Positions 12,849 to 24,486 of a stretch of 64,000 nucleotides of DNA are shown one piece after another. Made by a program: the position numbers and the translations under genes. The DNA comes from Heptranchias perlo (lineage: Eukaryota), in the NCBI RefSeq assembly GCF_035084215.1, contig NC_090348.1, positions 41,106,001 to 41,170,000 of the forward strand, written 5' to 3'. Every line of letters begins with the position of its first letter. The stretch's first letter is position 1. A model generated the notes under the pieces. That model was not told the origin of the DNA. It did not search any database and saw only the letters and a program-made list of their open reading frames with translations.

Positions 12849-14369
12849 CTTCACAGAAGTTAATACCTGAGGAATCTCCGGTCTTACCCACCCTTGTACT
12901 ACTACAGCCAACTGAAGCCAGGATGGTGGCTTCATCTTATCCTAGAATCCATTTTGACCAGATGGATTTCTGGAATACTGTAAGCACTGCAGAGCTCTGC
13001 ACGTTTCTTGGAGCATGTTTATTAGTGTTCCTGGTGCATGGAAGAACAGAGCACAAATTGAAAACACAACTGCAACTGGGCTTCCCATATCTGGGAGGAT
13101 TCAGAGTACGCCTCGCACAAAGCTCGTGTCTGATGGGTGACCCTTCTCTCATCTCTAGCCTCTGATCTCTTTTACCCACCACCCAAAACATCAACTATTT
13201 TATCTTCCTCTATTTTAAACACTATTATGGCCCTTGCACCTCTCAACTTTCATCTCCAAGCTCCAAACAGGCCATCTTGCGCACTATTCCTCTTCCCTGC
13301 ATAATAACTGTGTTGAAACCAAGAATCATTACAATTCTAGTTCACTCTATTGCTGGGCCCATGAACTGTGGATCTCCTTACCTTCCTCCCTTCTGCAGTC
13401 AGCAGGCGTCTAAAATCCAAGCTCGTCACTACCTATTAGCTACTAACCGATTCGCATTTAGTTGTCTCCTCCCCTACTCCTTCCAACTCCAGTGGTGTCC
13501 CTGTACTGTGGAATTTGGTCATTCCAAAGTACCTCAATTTGAATAAAAGGCAAGCAAACTAGAACTGCCTAAAGATTTGGTTTTAAAGGCTTGACAGAGT
13601 TTGCTCAGTACAGAATCAAGAAGAAGCCGAACACGCAAAGATAGAATTACACCATGACACTGCAGCACAGCCCAACGTAAACTGTACATCTCGAATCATT
13701 CACCACAATAGTATATTCAATAACGTTAAACAGTACACAAAAGAAAATGATAGGAAGGGGTGTTATGAAAATTACTCTGCAATACTAAATATAGTATACT
13801 ACTCAGGGCAAAGAGGTTATTTTTGTAGTGCAGTCTATGTGGAAAATAGGACAACATATTACGGTTAAGTTAACTGCTTCAGCTTATAAGAAGGTAAAAG
13901 GAGGAAGAGAAGGAGAGAGAAATTACACGGTCAGCATGAACATTTCCACATTAGGTACGGAAGATAACTTGTCTTTACGAAACTTACAGCGTCTATTCTT
14001 TATGCTAATATGGATAATGAAGTGTATGACAATCAGACCAAATTTGCATGCGCTTGTTAAGTGGTTTATAAAATAGACTGCCCCCTTGCTACTTAAGCTC
14101 CACAAATGGCTGTTATACAAGTACAAGAACATGGTATTTTATGTTTGACGATCGATTTTCTAAATCCCCTTTTTCTGCTCACTAAGGTGAAGGATGTCAG
14201 TAACAGGGATTGATCCCCTCTTCCCACATTGGGCACCAAATGTCAGCATTGTACACCTCCAGGTTAGGCATCACAAGGGTTAACTGCACCAAAATTCCCT
14301 TAGCTCTACCCCAACCTCACCGTGTCCCCACTTCAACTATACCAATGTAGCTTTTTTTTTTCCATTTCT

Positions 14370-14995
14370 GAAATTAGCAAGACCAAAGCCAACTTGTTCA
14401 TCTCCTGCCAGAAACTGGACTTCCTTGCTTCAGATTCCATCAATCTCCCCAAATGCTTGCTCAGGCTGAACCAGATGGTGGGCAACCTGTGTCCTGTTTG
14501 ACCCTGAGCTGAGCTTCAAACTCCATGTCTTATCCATTATCGAAACCATCTGCTTCCATCCCTACATCACCCCCAGTGAAACTAATTCACACCTCCATCA
14601 CCACCAATCTCCATTGATGTAATGCCCTCACCAGCCATAAGTGCTGCTCACCCATCAAGCCCTCTTCACTGATCTCCAACGGCTCCCTGTCATCCAACAC
14701 GATTCAGAATCCTCATCTGCATTTACAAATCCCTCCATGACCTTGCCTTGCTCCAATCTACCTCTGCAAACTAAGTCTCAACTTGTACGCTCTGCTCCTC
14801 CAATTTTGTACTTCTATTTCTTCCTCCTCCTCCTCCTCTCCCCGCACACCTCACTCTGCTTCACTGTTCGAGGCAGAACCGTCAAGACAGGCTCCGCTCT
14901 CTGGGATTCTCCTCCTAAACCTTACGACCTTGCTGCATCTCTCTCCACCTTCTAAAGTTTCTTCTATAGCCTTCTGCGACCACACCTTTCCATAA
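14370..14995 (+). mobile_element. Old L2 fragment
   Basis: CTGAACCAGATGG..., TTTGACCCTGAGCTGAGCTTC and TACAAATCCCTCCATG parallel 4870-5540. Confidence 0.7.
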
Positions 14996-15609
14996 CTATC
15001 TGTGCTCATTACTCCGACGCCTAGTAAATATACAATCTACAAAAGATTCAGCCTAAACTTCAAATGTTTGAAGCATCTCAAGGACATGTTTCACCAACGA
15101 TGTTAGAGAAACAAACAAAAAAAAAACAGCAATTTAGAACCATATCAATGCTAAGCTTCTCAAGCCATTAAATCCATGTTATTTTCCAAATGTAAAAATA
15201 CACCTATTCTCGCCTTAAGTACTCTGTCAGGACTTGTACATCTTATAAATAAAGCAAGACAGATAGCACAGTGTGGCACGATTTTGTAAAGATGCTTTCT
15301 TTATTATACATTGGAAGAACTGTACCGCAGCTTATAATCAGACTGGTTTGACTTCAGATTTCTTCGTATGTTCAAACGCCTTTCTCTGGCTTCACGTTAT
15401 GTTTCCCTTAAGCTTGTTATGAAAGATCTTTTTTTCAAAAAAAAATTACGCCAGAAAAAGGTCGAATAAGTGTATTTGGCACATTTCAGCATTCCTGTAC
15501 TTACATCACCTCGGTTATGCTCAGTATAAACATTCACCAAGTGCAGCAATGTCACAATACCAAAAAAAGAAATCAGGGCTTCTAGTCCCCAATTTTAATT
15601 TGATAAAAA

Positions 15610-16400
15610 AATTGTATTTATAAGTGCGCCTTCACATGTTGAAGTCTGAAGTGAATTATTCTGAAATGACGACTTATGCAGGCAAATTCAGGAACCATTT
15701 TTCAGGCAGTAAGAGCCCACAAAAAGAGCAATGGGATGAACGAGCAGTTAATGAGCATATAGTGCCACTCGTTGATCACTCCAGTTCTTGATGATTTCTA
15801 TTGGTGACCATCTCTCACCTCACTGGCTTCAAAATCATCGTGCCCATTTCTAAGCAACACCGCGGTTTCACTCCTCCCTAGATCTGCAAACTCCTCCGGC
15901 CTTACGTCCCTGCTCACACTATCCATATTTTCCAACTCTGTTCTACTGCACATTTCTCTCGCCGCTACTGGCACAGCCTTCAACCATTTCACCCCAACTC
16001 TGGAAATATCTCCTAAACCCTCACCACCTTGTTACATGTCTCCTCTCAAGTGCTTTCAGATATGTCCTAATTTCCCTCCTACTCTCATTCAAAGGTTATC
16101 CTAAGTTGTGAAGTATCTTGCTCCATTAAAAGGGGTTATATAAATCTATGCTGTTACTCTGTTCCTGATGTGTTTTGGCTAATGTTCATTCCAACACCAC
16201 CGAGAACTCCCTACTCTACAAATAGTTCTGTGGGATCTGGAACATCTTTCTGACCCAGTGAAAAAACAGGTAGGGCTTTGCTTTAACATCGCATCCCTGG
16301 GATTTCAGCAATCTCATAATACAGTACTGGAAAGGTACTCTATATTGTGTGCACAAATGCTGCAGTAAGCCTTGAACCTGCTACCTTTCGACTCAAGACA
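15610..16400 (-). mobile_element. Degraded DeuSINE-like SINE (tail ~15610-15760, head ~16190-16400) interrupted by an L2 piece
   Basis: TTGTATTTATAAGTGCGCCTTCAC is the reversed L2-type tail. CAGTACTG...CTTGAACCTGCTACCTTTCGACTCA is the reversed head and Deu domain, similar to 58760-59140. Confidence 0.5.
15790..16155 (+). mobile_element. Old L2 3' end
   Basis: GCCTTCAACC..., CTCCTAAACCC and TTAAAAGGGGTTATATAAAT parallel 5270-5670. Confidence 0.6.
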
Positions 16401-16925
16401 CAGAAATAGGGAGGTATGAAGCCATGTGAACATAGCAACAGGAGTTGGCCATTCAGCCTCTCGAGCCTGCTCTGCCATTCAATCAGATCTTTGCTGATCT
16501 GTACCTCAACTCATTTACCCGCCTTAGCTCCAATTGTCTCAACATCCACAGCCTTCAGGAGGCTGCGGGGGGGCGGGGGGGGGGGGGGGGGGAAGAATTC
16601 CAGATTTCCACTACTCACTTGTGGAAAATGTGCTTTATGATTTGCCTCCTAAAGGGCCTAGCTCTAATTTTAAGATTATGTCCCCTTGTTCTTGATTCCC
16701 CCCCACCAGAGGAGATAATTTCTACGTATCTACCCTATCAAATCCTTTTAACCTTTTGAACACCTCGATCAGATTAACCCTCAACCTTCTACAATCAAGG
16801 GAATACAAGCCAAGTTTGTGCAACCTGTCCTCATAATTTAACCCTCTAATCCCTGGTATCATTCTGGTGAATCTGCATTGCACCTTCTCCAAGGCCAATA
16901 TATCTTTCCTGAGGTGTGGTGCCTA
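16398..16925 (-). mobile_element. CR1 3' fragment with internal poly-G expansion
   Basis: GGCCATTCAGCC stem-loop; GCTCTAATTTTAAGATTATGTCCCCTTGT nearly identical to 61981-62009. Confidence 0.85.
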
Positions 16926-16929
16926 GAAA

Positions 16930-17405
16930 CAAACAAAGTACTTCAGATGGAGGGGTTTGGCTATGCATGGATCTAAACACAAGAAATAGAAATTTTAAAG
17001 TGGAGGAATTGGGAGACCGGTCAACATAGGTCAGCGAGGACAGGTGTGATGCCCAAGCAAGGTTTGGTGCAGGAAAGGATATGGGCAGAGTAGCAGTTGA
17101 GGTGACAAATGAGGATTTCAATGGTGGATGGGCTGAAGTTGGGGTGGAGGCAGACAATGTCATAGAAGTGGAAGTAGGTGGTCTTTGTGAAAGGAGGTTG
17201 GCAGTTCAGGGTCAATCAGGACACGGGGGTTATGAACAGTATGGTTCAGCCGAAGGCAGTGGCTAGGGAGAGGGATGGAGTCGGTGGTGAGGGTACGGAG
17301 TTTGTAGCCGGGGCTAAAGGCAATGACTTCAGTGTTCCCACTGTTGAGCTCAAGGAAGTTACAGCTCATCCAAGTCAGGATATCAGACAAGCAATCTGAC
17401 AGCAC
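16930..17405 (-). mobile_element. L2 ORF2 fragment
   Basis: ORF 17160..17516 contains LSDCLSDILTWMSCNFLELNSGNTE...DSIPLPSHCLRLNHTV, homologous to ORF 4571..5080. Confidence 0.8.
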
Positions 17406-17739
17406 AGTGGTAGTGCAATTTGTGCAAAAGCAACCGTCAAAACATCTCATGACCAGGCTGTACAGTAAAATAACCACAAGGAAGTGGAATAAAAAGTGCA
17501 GTGGAGACAGCCTCAACAGCTGGCAATATTACCCAGACTGTGGCCAATGTACAAATTGCATAAGGGAGGGGCTGACAAAGTACATAACAAGCATTAAAAT
17601 ATCTTGAACATATAAATGCAAAGCTTGGCACAGTTTGCAGACAGGGCATTGCTGACAATACTTTTAAATTTGAGCATTTTACAAGGGTTATTATTCGGAG
17701 AGTGCTATGAATCAGGAACGGTTCTGTACCTACTAACAT

Positions 17740-18075
17740 CTCCTCCTCCTCCTCCCATGGTGTCACGTCTTACTGGGATACAGTTCACCGGTACCAGGAG
17801 CCCTTTGGTACCTCATCCAACGTCTATTCTTCACATGTGGGCGCAAATGTTGACCAGCTATTCAATCATTGCAGACACTAAAATTAACCCAGTTGCCCAC
17901 ATACATGCACTTACAGCAAGAATGATGAGTTACTAATCAGGAGCGGGCGATTTCCCAGGCCAGGTGTAGCACAGCCACTGCTACCCCAGCCGAGGTCCAT
18001 TAACTCGACACAAAGATCAGACCCGAGATCTGCTGGTCCATTTGGTGCACTGTTGCCACACACATTTACCCTCTC
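17740..18075 (-). mobile_element. Degraded tRNA-type SINE
   Basis: GGTACCTCA, ATTCTTCACAT, ATCAGGAGCGG and CCCCAGCCGAGG match motifs of the 34840 and 48700 copies. Confidence 0.55.
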
Positions 18076-19059
18076 AACTAGAGATTTTTTTTAAAATATT
18101 TCATTTAGTGTAACATGTTACAAGGCAAAAAAAGGCCAGTTTTGAGAAACAAAACACTTCAACAGCATAAAAATTGTGGTAATAAATTTCAGTCACTGAA
18201 CAAAAAGAATCTTCAGCAATTCCGCACAGCATGATTTCTCATTTTAAAAACAGGTCATTTACTACGCTCAGATAATGTCCAGCCTCTGTGCCCTTGGTGG
18301 TTTTTTTAAATACATGGGTGGGGGGGGGGGGGGTGGAAGAGATAGAAGATTCCCTGAGGAAGAAAATGAAAAGTCACTTGTTTGGATCTCTGACATCGCC
18401 TGGTTTTTGGTTTCCTGGTGACAGTCAGAGGAATGGCAATGGTGCCCCCTATCACAGGATGAATAGTGGCACACAGCACTGGCTATGAAGAAGTAAAAAC
18501 CAATGTATTGTGCAGCCACAAGGTCTCAACACAGAGGATAAGAGTCGGCATTTCACTGGGGTACTTGTACCCAATAAGTCGTCCCTGCACATATGCTGTC
18601 CACAGCTGTTCTATCCTTCAATTACTGCAACTCAGCACTGTACTAATGGGTTCCCTCTGCTGTGGATAGTCCCACATTGTTGACCACTTACATCTGGCCT
18701 GTATGCATGTCTCCTCCTCTACAGGGTAACCACTTGCTACAGACATAACAAGGGTAAAACAAAAATGTCAAAATGTCACCCTGCAGAGTTGGAAATTCCA
18801 TCCATTGAATCTTACTGCAGGTACACCTTGTACCATTCGCCCACAGGTTTCATCACTGATTAACTGAGCAAATACTTTTGTTCTTCAATCGGTCATTTTC
18901 AAACCTCATGGATCACACGAGGGCATTCCCAAAAAAGCTAACATTTTCACAAGATTGTAGGGACGTTCACTTCAATAGACTGACGACACCTATTTTTGTT
19001 TTTGTAAAACAATATTGATACAGACCTTCCATACTGATCCCAATCCCATTGAGCAGGAA

Positions 19060-19400
19060 TTGCACAAGGGTCTAATTCAGTCCTTTCATCTCTGAGACGT
19101 GGGTTTAAAATCCAACCCAAACTGGTGGAATCAAAGCCTCTACTCACCATTGGCTGTAAAGATTCGCAGTTTGGACAACCTAAACACTAAACTACCTCAA
19201 TTTAGCACTAATTTGCACTGAATTGGTTGTGTCACCCAGATAAAAGACATAAGGGTCACTTGTGTGCAAAATTGAAGTGTTAGACTGAGGCTGAAGGTGA
19301 GGTACACGGTTGGGTTAGAGTAGGAGTGTTACCGTGCTGCCAACCCATCATGAAACCTGTCCTGGGAGTGCTGGATGTGAACACTGGGTACCTGAAGTGC
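19060..19400 (+). mobile_element. LF-SINE-like element, degraded
   Basis: CCTTTCATCTCTGAGACGTGGGTTTAAAATCCAACCC (tRNA-like head), CAATTTAGCACTAATTTGCAC and GGTGAGGTACAC resemble recalled LF-SINE blocks in the expected order. Confidence 0.5.
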
Positions 19401-21317
19401 AAAAGTATTATTTTCCCCAGCTTCACGAGGAACACAAAAACTACCCTCCTCCCCCACCCCCAAAACAAGCCTTTCAAATCCATCTTTTATAGACAGCTCC
19501 TACCAACAGCCGAAAGTACAAATAAAATAGGCAAAATTTAAGTCAGAAAAAGGGTCGCAAAACGAGGAGGAAACCCAAAAATAAAATCAGGAAATTCCCT
19601 AACAGTCAGGTTATGGAACATGTAATTACAATTTTTTTTTAATGAAATTTAAAACTGAGAATTCTAGTCAAACTGTTGTTCCATTCAAAAAATCTACAGT
19701 TGACCAAATTGGAATTATGTATTTAGTCATCTGTATTTAATTACTTAATTTAACAGGAAATGTTCTGAAATTCAAAAGGATTCTACTTTCTTGACAAATG
19801 TATTTCCAGATTTAAAAATTAATTAAACTACAATGTTAATAACCAAAACCACGAACAAATTTCTATCATGGATTTTTTTCCCCCCCATTCTTGATTTATT
19901 ACTTGCAACAGGCTCCAAACATCAGGATCTATCCTTGGTGAACACCATGGTAAAGCAGTCTTACGGTTACAATATAGAAATGGAGACACAAAACTGAACT
20001 TTTCTACCTCATGTAAAATGACCATCACCAAGAGTTAATCTCCACCCCAATATCTTTTTCACACTTCTTCAATTCTCCAAAGTTAATCCCAAGAGGTTTC
20101 TCTTTGTAATAACTGCGGTTGGGGATAAACGGAAATAGGAAAGAGCAAACTCACCGAAACTTCACCAAGGCATGAAATATGGTTGATTTACTTCAAAAAA
20201 AAGGGATTCCCCCTTACTCTTTTCAACCCACACCTGTGAAATTTAAAATAGAGAGGGAAGTGAGCACCAACTGGGAAGTCACTGGGGGATTTTTGTGTAG
20301 GTGGGGGATATCATTAATTTAACATACAAAATATAATTTTTTTTTAAAAAAGAGACAAAATTCTTAAAGAAAAAGTAGCAACGTGTTGCAGGAATATTGG
20401 CGATTAAGATATGAAGATTCTGGAATATTTAGAATCTGTTGGGGGGGGGGGGCGGGGAACGAGGGGGGGGAAAGACATTCTAACATGTCTCCCCTTTTCC
20501 CCACCCCACCCCTGCTTACTTGTACTGAGTCCTTGCTGCCCCAGGGGCATTAGTTTAAAAACAAAAAGGGGAAATCAGGAGAGTGGAGTATCAAGCTTAT
20601 CGAGAAATGTCAGATAGCCTTTCTTCAGCCAACGCAGAAGCAGAATACCAAATACTGTGTAGACAGTAGGCTGGATAAGTTGGCATTGCTTCTTGTGTCT
20701 CCAAGAATGCTGAAGCAGCCACACCAGCTGTCATCCCAAGTCAAGATTTTCCTTCATCCATTGCATGCCAAACATCTGCCTTCAGTGTGGTGGAAGGACC
20801 CAAACAAGGGGGCTCCTGTGCCAGCCACTTGGATGTTATAGACATCCAAGGCAGGTTCTCTGTTCCAGGTCTTCATGATGAGTTTAGCAAAGAGACATGC
20901 CTGCTAGGAGGTTGATTCCCCTACTAGGGTGGTTTATGACAGTTGGTGTGGACCAGAACCCTCCCACCCTGCAACAGTTTCTCCCCTTTTGCCACAAATC
21001 CACTTGAGTTTGGTTCTGCATGTCAGACGTGGGCTTGAGGAAGCCCTTTCGTTGCTTGCCTAGCAGTTAATAGCCATTAAGGAGAACCGTTGGGAGATGT
21101 CTTCTACATCACGAACTCAACAGGCATTGGGGCTTCGCTGCCGTTGAAGCTGGAACTCTTCACCTCCAACCGGTGGAACTAGCATTGGATGGGGCATGGT
21201 ACGTGTTCAGGACTGTGGTCAGGAGGATGGCAACAATTCACGGTTCTTCTCATCATGGCATCCCCCCCCCTCAAGTCTAGATTGAAGCTTTCTGTGCTGT
21301 CTTTAAGAGTTCCACGT

Positions 21318-21450
21318 TCAGCACTGAGGGAGTGCTATGTGGTTGGAGGTGCCATCTTTTTGATAAAACATTAAATCAACTGCCTGCTCAGCTACATGTA
21401 AAAGATGTCATGACCTGTTGAGAGGAGCAGAAAGTTCTGATGGCTGACCC
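21318..21450 (+). mobile_element. DeuSINE Deu-domain fragment
   Basis: CAGCACTGAGGGAGTGCT...GGAGGTGCCATCTTT...AAACATTAAA matches the recalled Deu domain. Confidence 0.55.
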
Positions 21451-22034
21451 CTCCCCACCCATCGTGCATTTCTCATTCATCATTTGCGCGATATTACTCA
21501 TTACCTGGGAGCGAGGGCCAGAGGAAAATCAGAGCCTCCTTTTTTAAAAAAAAAATCATTGAAGGAGACAAATGTAGCTGTGAAATTAAAATTCAGTCTC
21601 CAAGTTCAAAAAAAAATGGTTCCCAAGATTGAGAACTTATATGAACTGCAAAGGGAGAGGCTGCAGCAGAACAGAGGAGTATCAGAGGTGTTGCTACTGA
21701 AACCCAAGCTGTGAGACGAGGAGCTGCCACAGCAACACCTCCTGGATGGAGGCATGAATGGTGACAAAAATTGGGAGGGAATTCCCATTATAAAATGCTG
21801 GCTTGCAATGTGTGACAACAGGAAGTACATGCATACGGAAGGTTTTTAATTTCCAGTTACAACCTTGAACTAAGATGAGATGCACCATTTTAACTAGGGG
21901 TTGCCTTCAAAACAGTTTGTACGATGAGAAGTCAGTGAAAATTGTCCATGAAAACCAAAACAAATTTCAGAACAATGCCTTTTTTATTTTATAATTGTAC
22001 TTGTTAAAAAAGAAAAAAAGCTTATTTGAATATT

Positions 22035-22145
22035 GAAATAAAGACAGAAAACGCTTTGGAACTTTCATTTCAAGTTTGTGGTTATTTTCCAGCATTTTCT
22101 GTTTTTATTTCAGATTTCCAGCATCTGCAGTATTTTGCTTTTGAT
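22035..22145. mobile_element. Internally deleted fold-back (Penelope-like) repeat
   Basis: TTTCCAGCATTTTCTGTTTTTATTTCAGATTTCCAGCATCTGCAG, preceded by the mirror remnant GAAATAAAGACAGAAAACGCT. Confidence 0.65.
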
Positions 22146-23004
22146 GTAAATATTGAATGCTGGTGGACATCTGCAGAAATCGGCATGAACAGGCTTCTGA
22201 ATTGAAGCATGTCAAGAGCAAACTATTTTCTGCGACAGTTTAAATGACACGGTCAATGAAGCATCACTGCTTCATGGCCATCTCTGCTAATACCCATTCA
22301 GCTCCCTCACATGTTCAAACTCTAATTCTTCTGAACCAGTTTTAGGTCATCAGCACTCACAAACCAGCAGTTCAGAAACACAAACAGGAATTTAAAGCCG
22401 TTGGCTCTTCCTGGGAGCCCTTCTGAAAATACAGAGCATTACAGTACTCACCACTTATACCACCATCGTTTCTACCAGCCATTTGCCATTCCCATAGATG
22501 TCAGTTACAAAAGGCACCACTTAAACCAATTTAAACGCTTATTTCGGGCAAAGTCATGTTTTCAAGCAGCTGTTCAATCAGCTCTTTAATCAGCTCTTTG
22601 CACTTCATTAAGGTGCGATTATCTTGGCTACTTACGTTTGAGTCTGTTAATCAGCCCCCAGAGCAAGAGTGCCTTTGACGACAACTGAGGTTGTCAGTGC
22701 AGCGTAAAAATACTTAATGCAGAGTAAACTACAGTATAAAGCAACCTATTATGGTTTTATTGTCCACCTCATACAGCAAGAAAACTACGTTCGCACCAAC
22801 AGGCTCGATGCAACAGGTAGGAAAAGTACCAAGAAATAAACATCTTTTTTATTGTCAAAATTGTCCGTTTTCTTTTGTTCTGACACTAAGTGGTCCAAAA
22901 ACAGCAATGCTGGCGGCTTGGTAGGGTTGATGAGCTGGACAGCATTATAGTAGAACTAATAGACAGCTAATGCTACAACGGCCTTGGGTTTTTCCTGACT
23001 TTCC

Positions 23005-24390
23005 ATGAAACTTGTTGATTGGAGGGTAGCAAATGTTGTGCCTTTGTTTAAGAAGGGCGGCAGGGAAAAGCCTGGGAACTACAGACCAGTGAGCCTGACA
23101 TCTGTAGTGGGTAAGTTGTTAGAGGGTATTCTGAGGGACAGGATCTACAGGCATTTGGAGAGGCAGGGACTAATTAGGAACAGTCAGCATGGTTTTGTGA
23201 GAGGAAAATCATGTCTCACGAATTTGATTGAGTTTTTTGAAGGGGTAACCAAGAAGATAGATGAGGGCTGTGCAGTAGACGTGGTCTACATGGACTTCAG
23301 CAAAGCATTTGACAAGGTACCGCATGGTAGGTTGTTACATAAGGTTAAATCTCATGGGATCCAAGGTGAGGTAGCCAATTGGATACAAAATTGGCTTGAC
23401 GACAGAAGACAGAGGGTGGTTGTCGAGGGTTGTTTTTCAAACTGGATGCCTGTGTCCAGCGGTGTGCCTCAGGGATCGGTGCTGGGTCCGCTGTTATTTG
23501 TTATTTATATTAATGATTTGGATGAGAATTTAGGAGGCATGGTTAGTAAGTTTGCAGATGACACCAAGATTGGTGGCATTGTGGACAGTGAAGAAGGTTA
23601 TCTAGGATTGCAACGGGATCTTGATAAATTGGGCCAGTGGGCCGATGAATGGCAGATGGAGTTTAATTTAGATAAATGTGAGGTGATGCATTTTGGTAGA
23701 TCGAATCGGGCCAGGACCTACTCCGTTAATGGTAGGGCGTTGGGGAGAGTTATAGAACAAAGAGATCTAGGAGTACAGATTCATAGCTCCTTGAAAGTGG
23801 AGTCACAGGTGGATAGGGTGGTGAAGAAGGCATTCAGCATGCTTGGTTTCATTGGTCAGAACATTGAATGCAGGAGTTGGGATGTCTTGTTGAAGTTGTA
23901 CAGGGCATTGGTGAGGCCACACTTGGAGTACTGTGTACAGTTCTGGTCACCCTATTATAGAAAGGATATTATTAAACTAGAAAGAGTGCAGAAAAGATTT
24001 ACTAGGATGCTACCGGGACTTGATGGTTTGACTTACAGGGAGAGGTTAGACAGACTGGGACTTTATTCCCTGGAGAGTAGGAGGTTAAGGGGTGATCTTA
24101 TAGAAGTCTATAAAATAATGAGGGGCATAGATAAGGTCGATAGTCAAAATCTTTTCCCAAAGGTAGGGGAGTCTATAACGAGGGGGCACAGATTTAAGGT
24201 GAGAGGGGAGAGATACAAAAGGATCCAGAGGGGCAATTTTTTCACTCAAAGGGTGGTGAGTGTCTGGAACGAGCTGCCAGAGGCAGTAGTAGAGGCGGGT
24301 ACAATTTTGTCTTTTAAAAAGCATTTGGACAGTTACATGGGGAAGATGGGTATCGAGGGATATGGGCCAAGTGCAGGCAATTGGGACTAG
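23005..24390 (+). CDS. CR1 ORF2 reverse transcriptase region (461 aa, no endonuclease domain; ATG comes from flanking DNA)
   Basis: Motifs NYRPVSLTS, QHGF, DFSKAFDKV, GVPQGSVLGP, FADD, DLGV and RPHLEY, with no stops or frameshifts. Expression is not shown. Confidence 0.85.
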   Translation: MKLVDWRVANVVPLFKKGGREKPGNYRPVSLTSVVGKLLEGILRDRIYRHLERQGLIRNSQHGFVRGKSCLTNLIEFFEGVTKKIDEGCAVDVVYMDFSKAFDKVPHGRLLHKVKSHGIQGEVANWIQNWLDDRRQRVVVEGCFSNWMPVSSGVPQGSVLGPLLFVIYINDLDENLGGMVSKFADDTKIGGIVDSEEGYLGLQRDLDKLGQWADEWQMEFNLDKCEVMHFGRSNRARTYSVNGRALGRVIEQRDLGVQIHSSLKVESQVDRVVKKAFSMLGFIGQNIECRSWDVLLKLYRALVRPHLEYCVQFWSPYYRKDIIKLERVQKRFTRMLPGLDGLTYRERLDRLGLYSLESRRLRGDLIEVYKIMRGIDKVDSQNLFPKVGESITRGHRFKVRGERYKRIQRGNFFTQRVVSVWNELPEAVVEAGTILSFKKHLDSYMGKMGIEGYGPSAGNWD

Positions 24391-24486
24391 CTTAGTGGTA
24401 TAAACTGGGCGACATGGACATGTTGGGCCGAAGGGCCTGTTTCCATGTTGTAACTTCTATGATTCTATGATTCTATGATTCTATGA
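23017..24486 (+). mobile_element. Young 5'-truncated CR1 LINE with intact RT domain, 3' stem-loop and (TTCTATGA)4 tail
   Basis: Uninterrupted RT frame; 3' UTR hairpin ACATGG...GGCCGAAGGGCC...CCATGT; four 8-nt tail repeats at 24455-24486. Confidence 0.97.

Noticed and set aside
22578-22601. 12-bp tandem duplication AATCAGCTCTTT x2
   Set aside because: Ordinary slippage micro-duplication.
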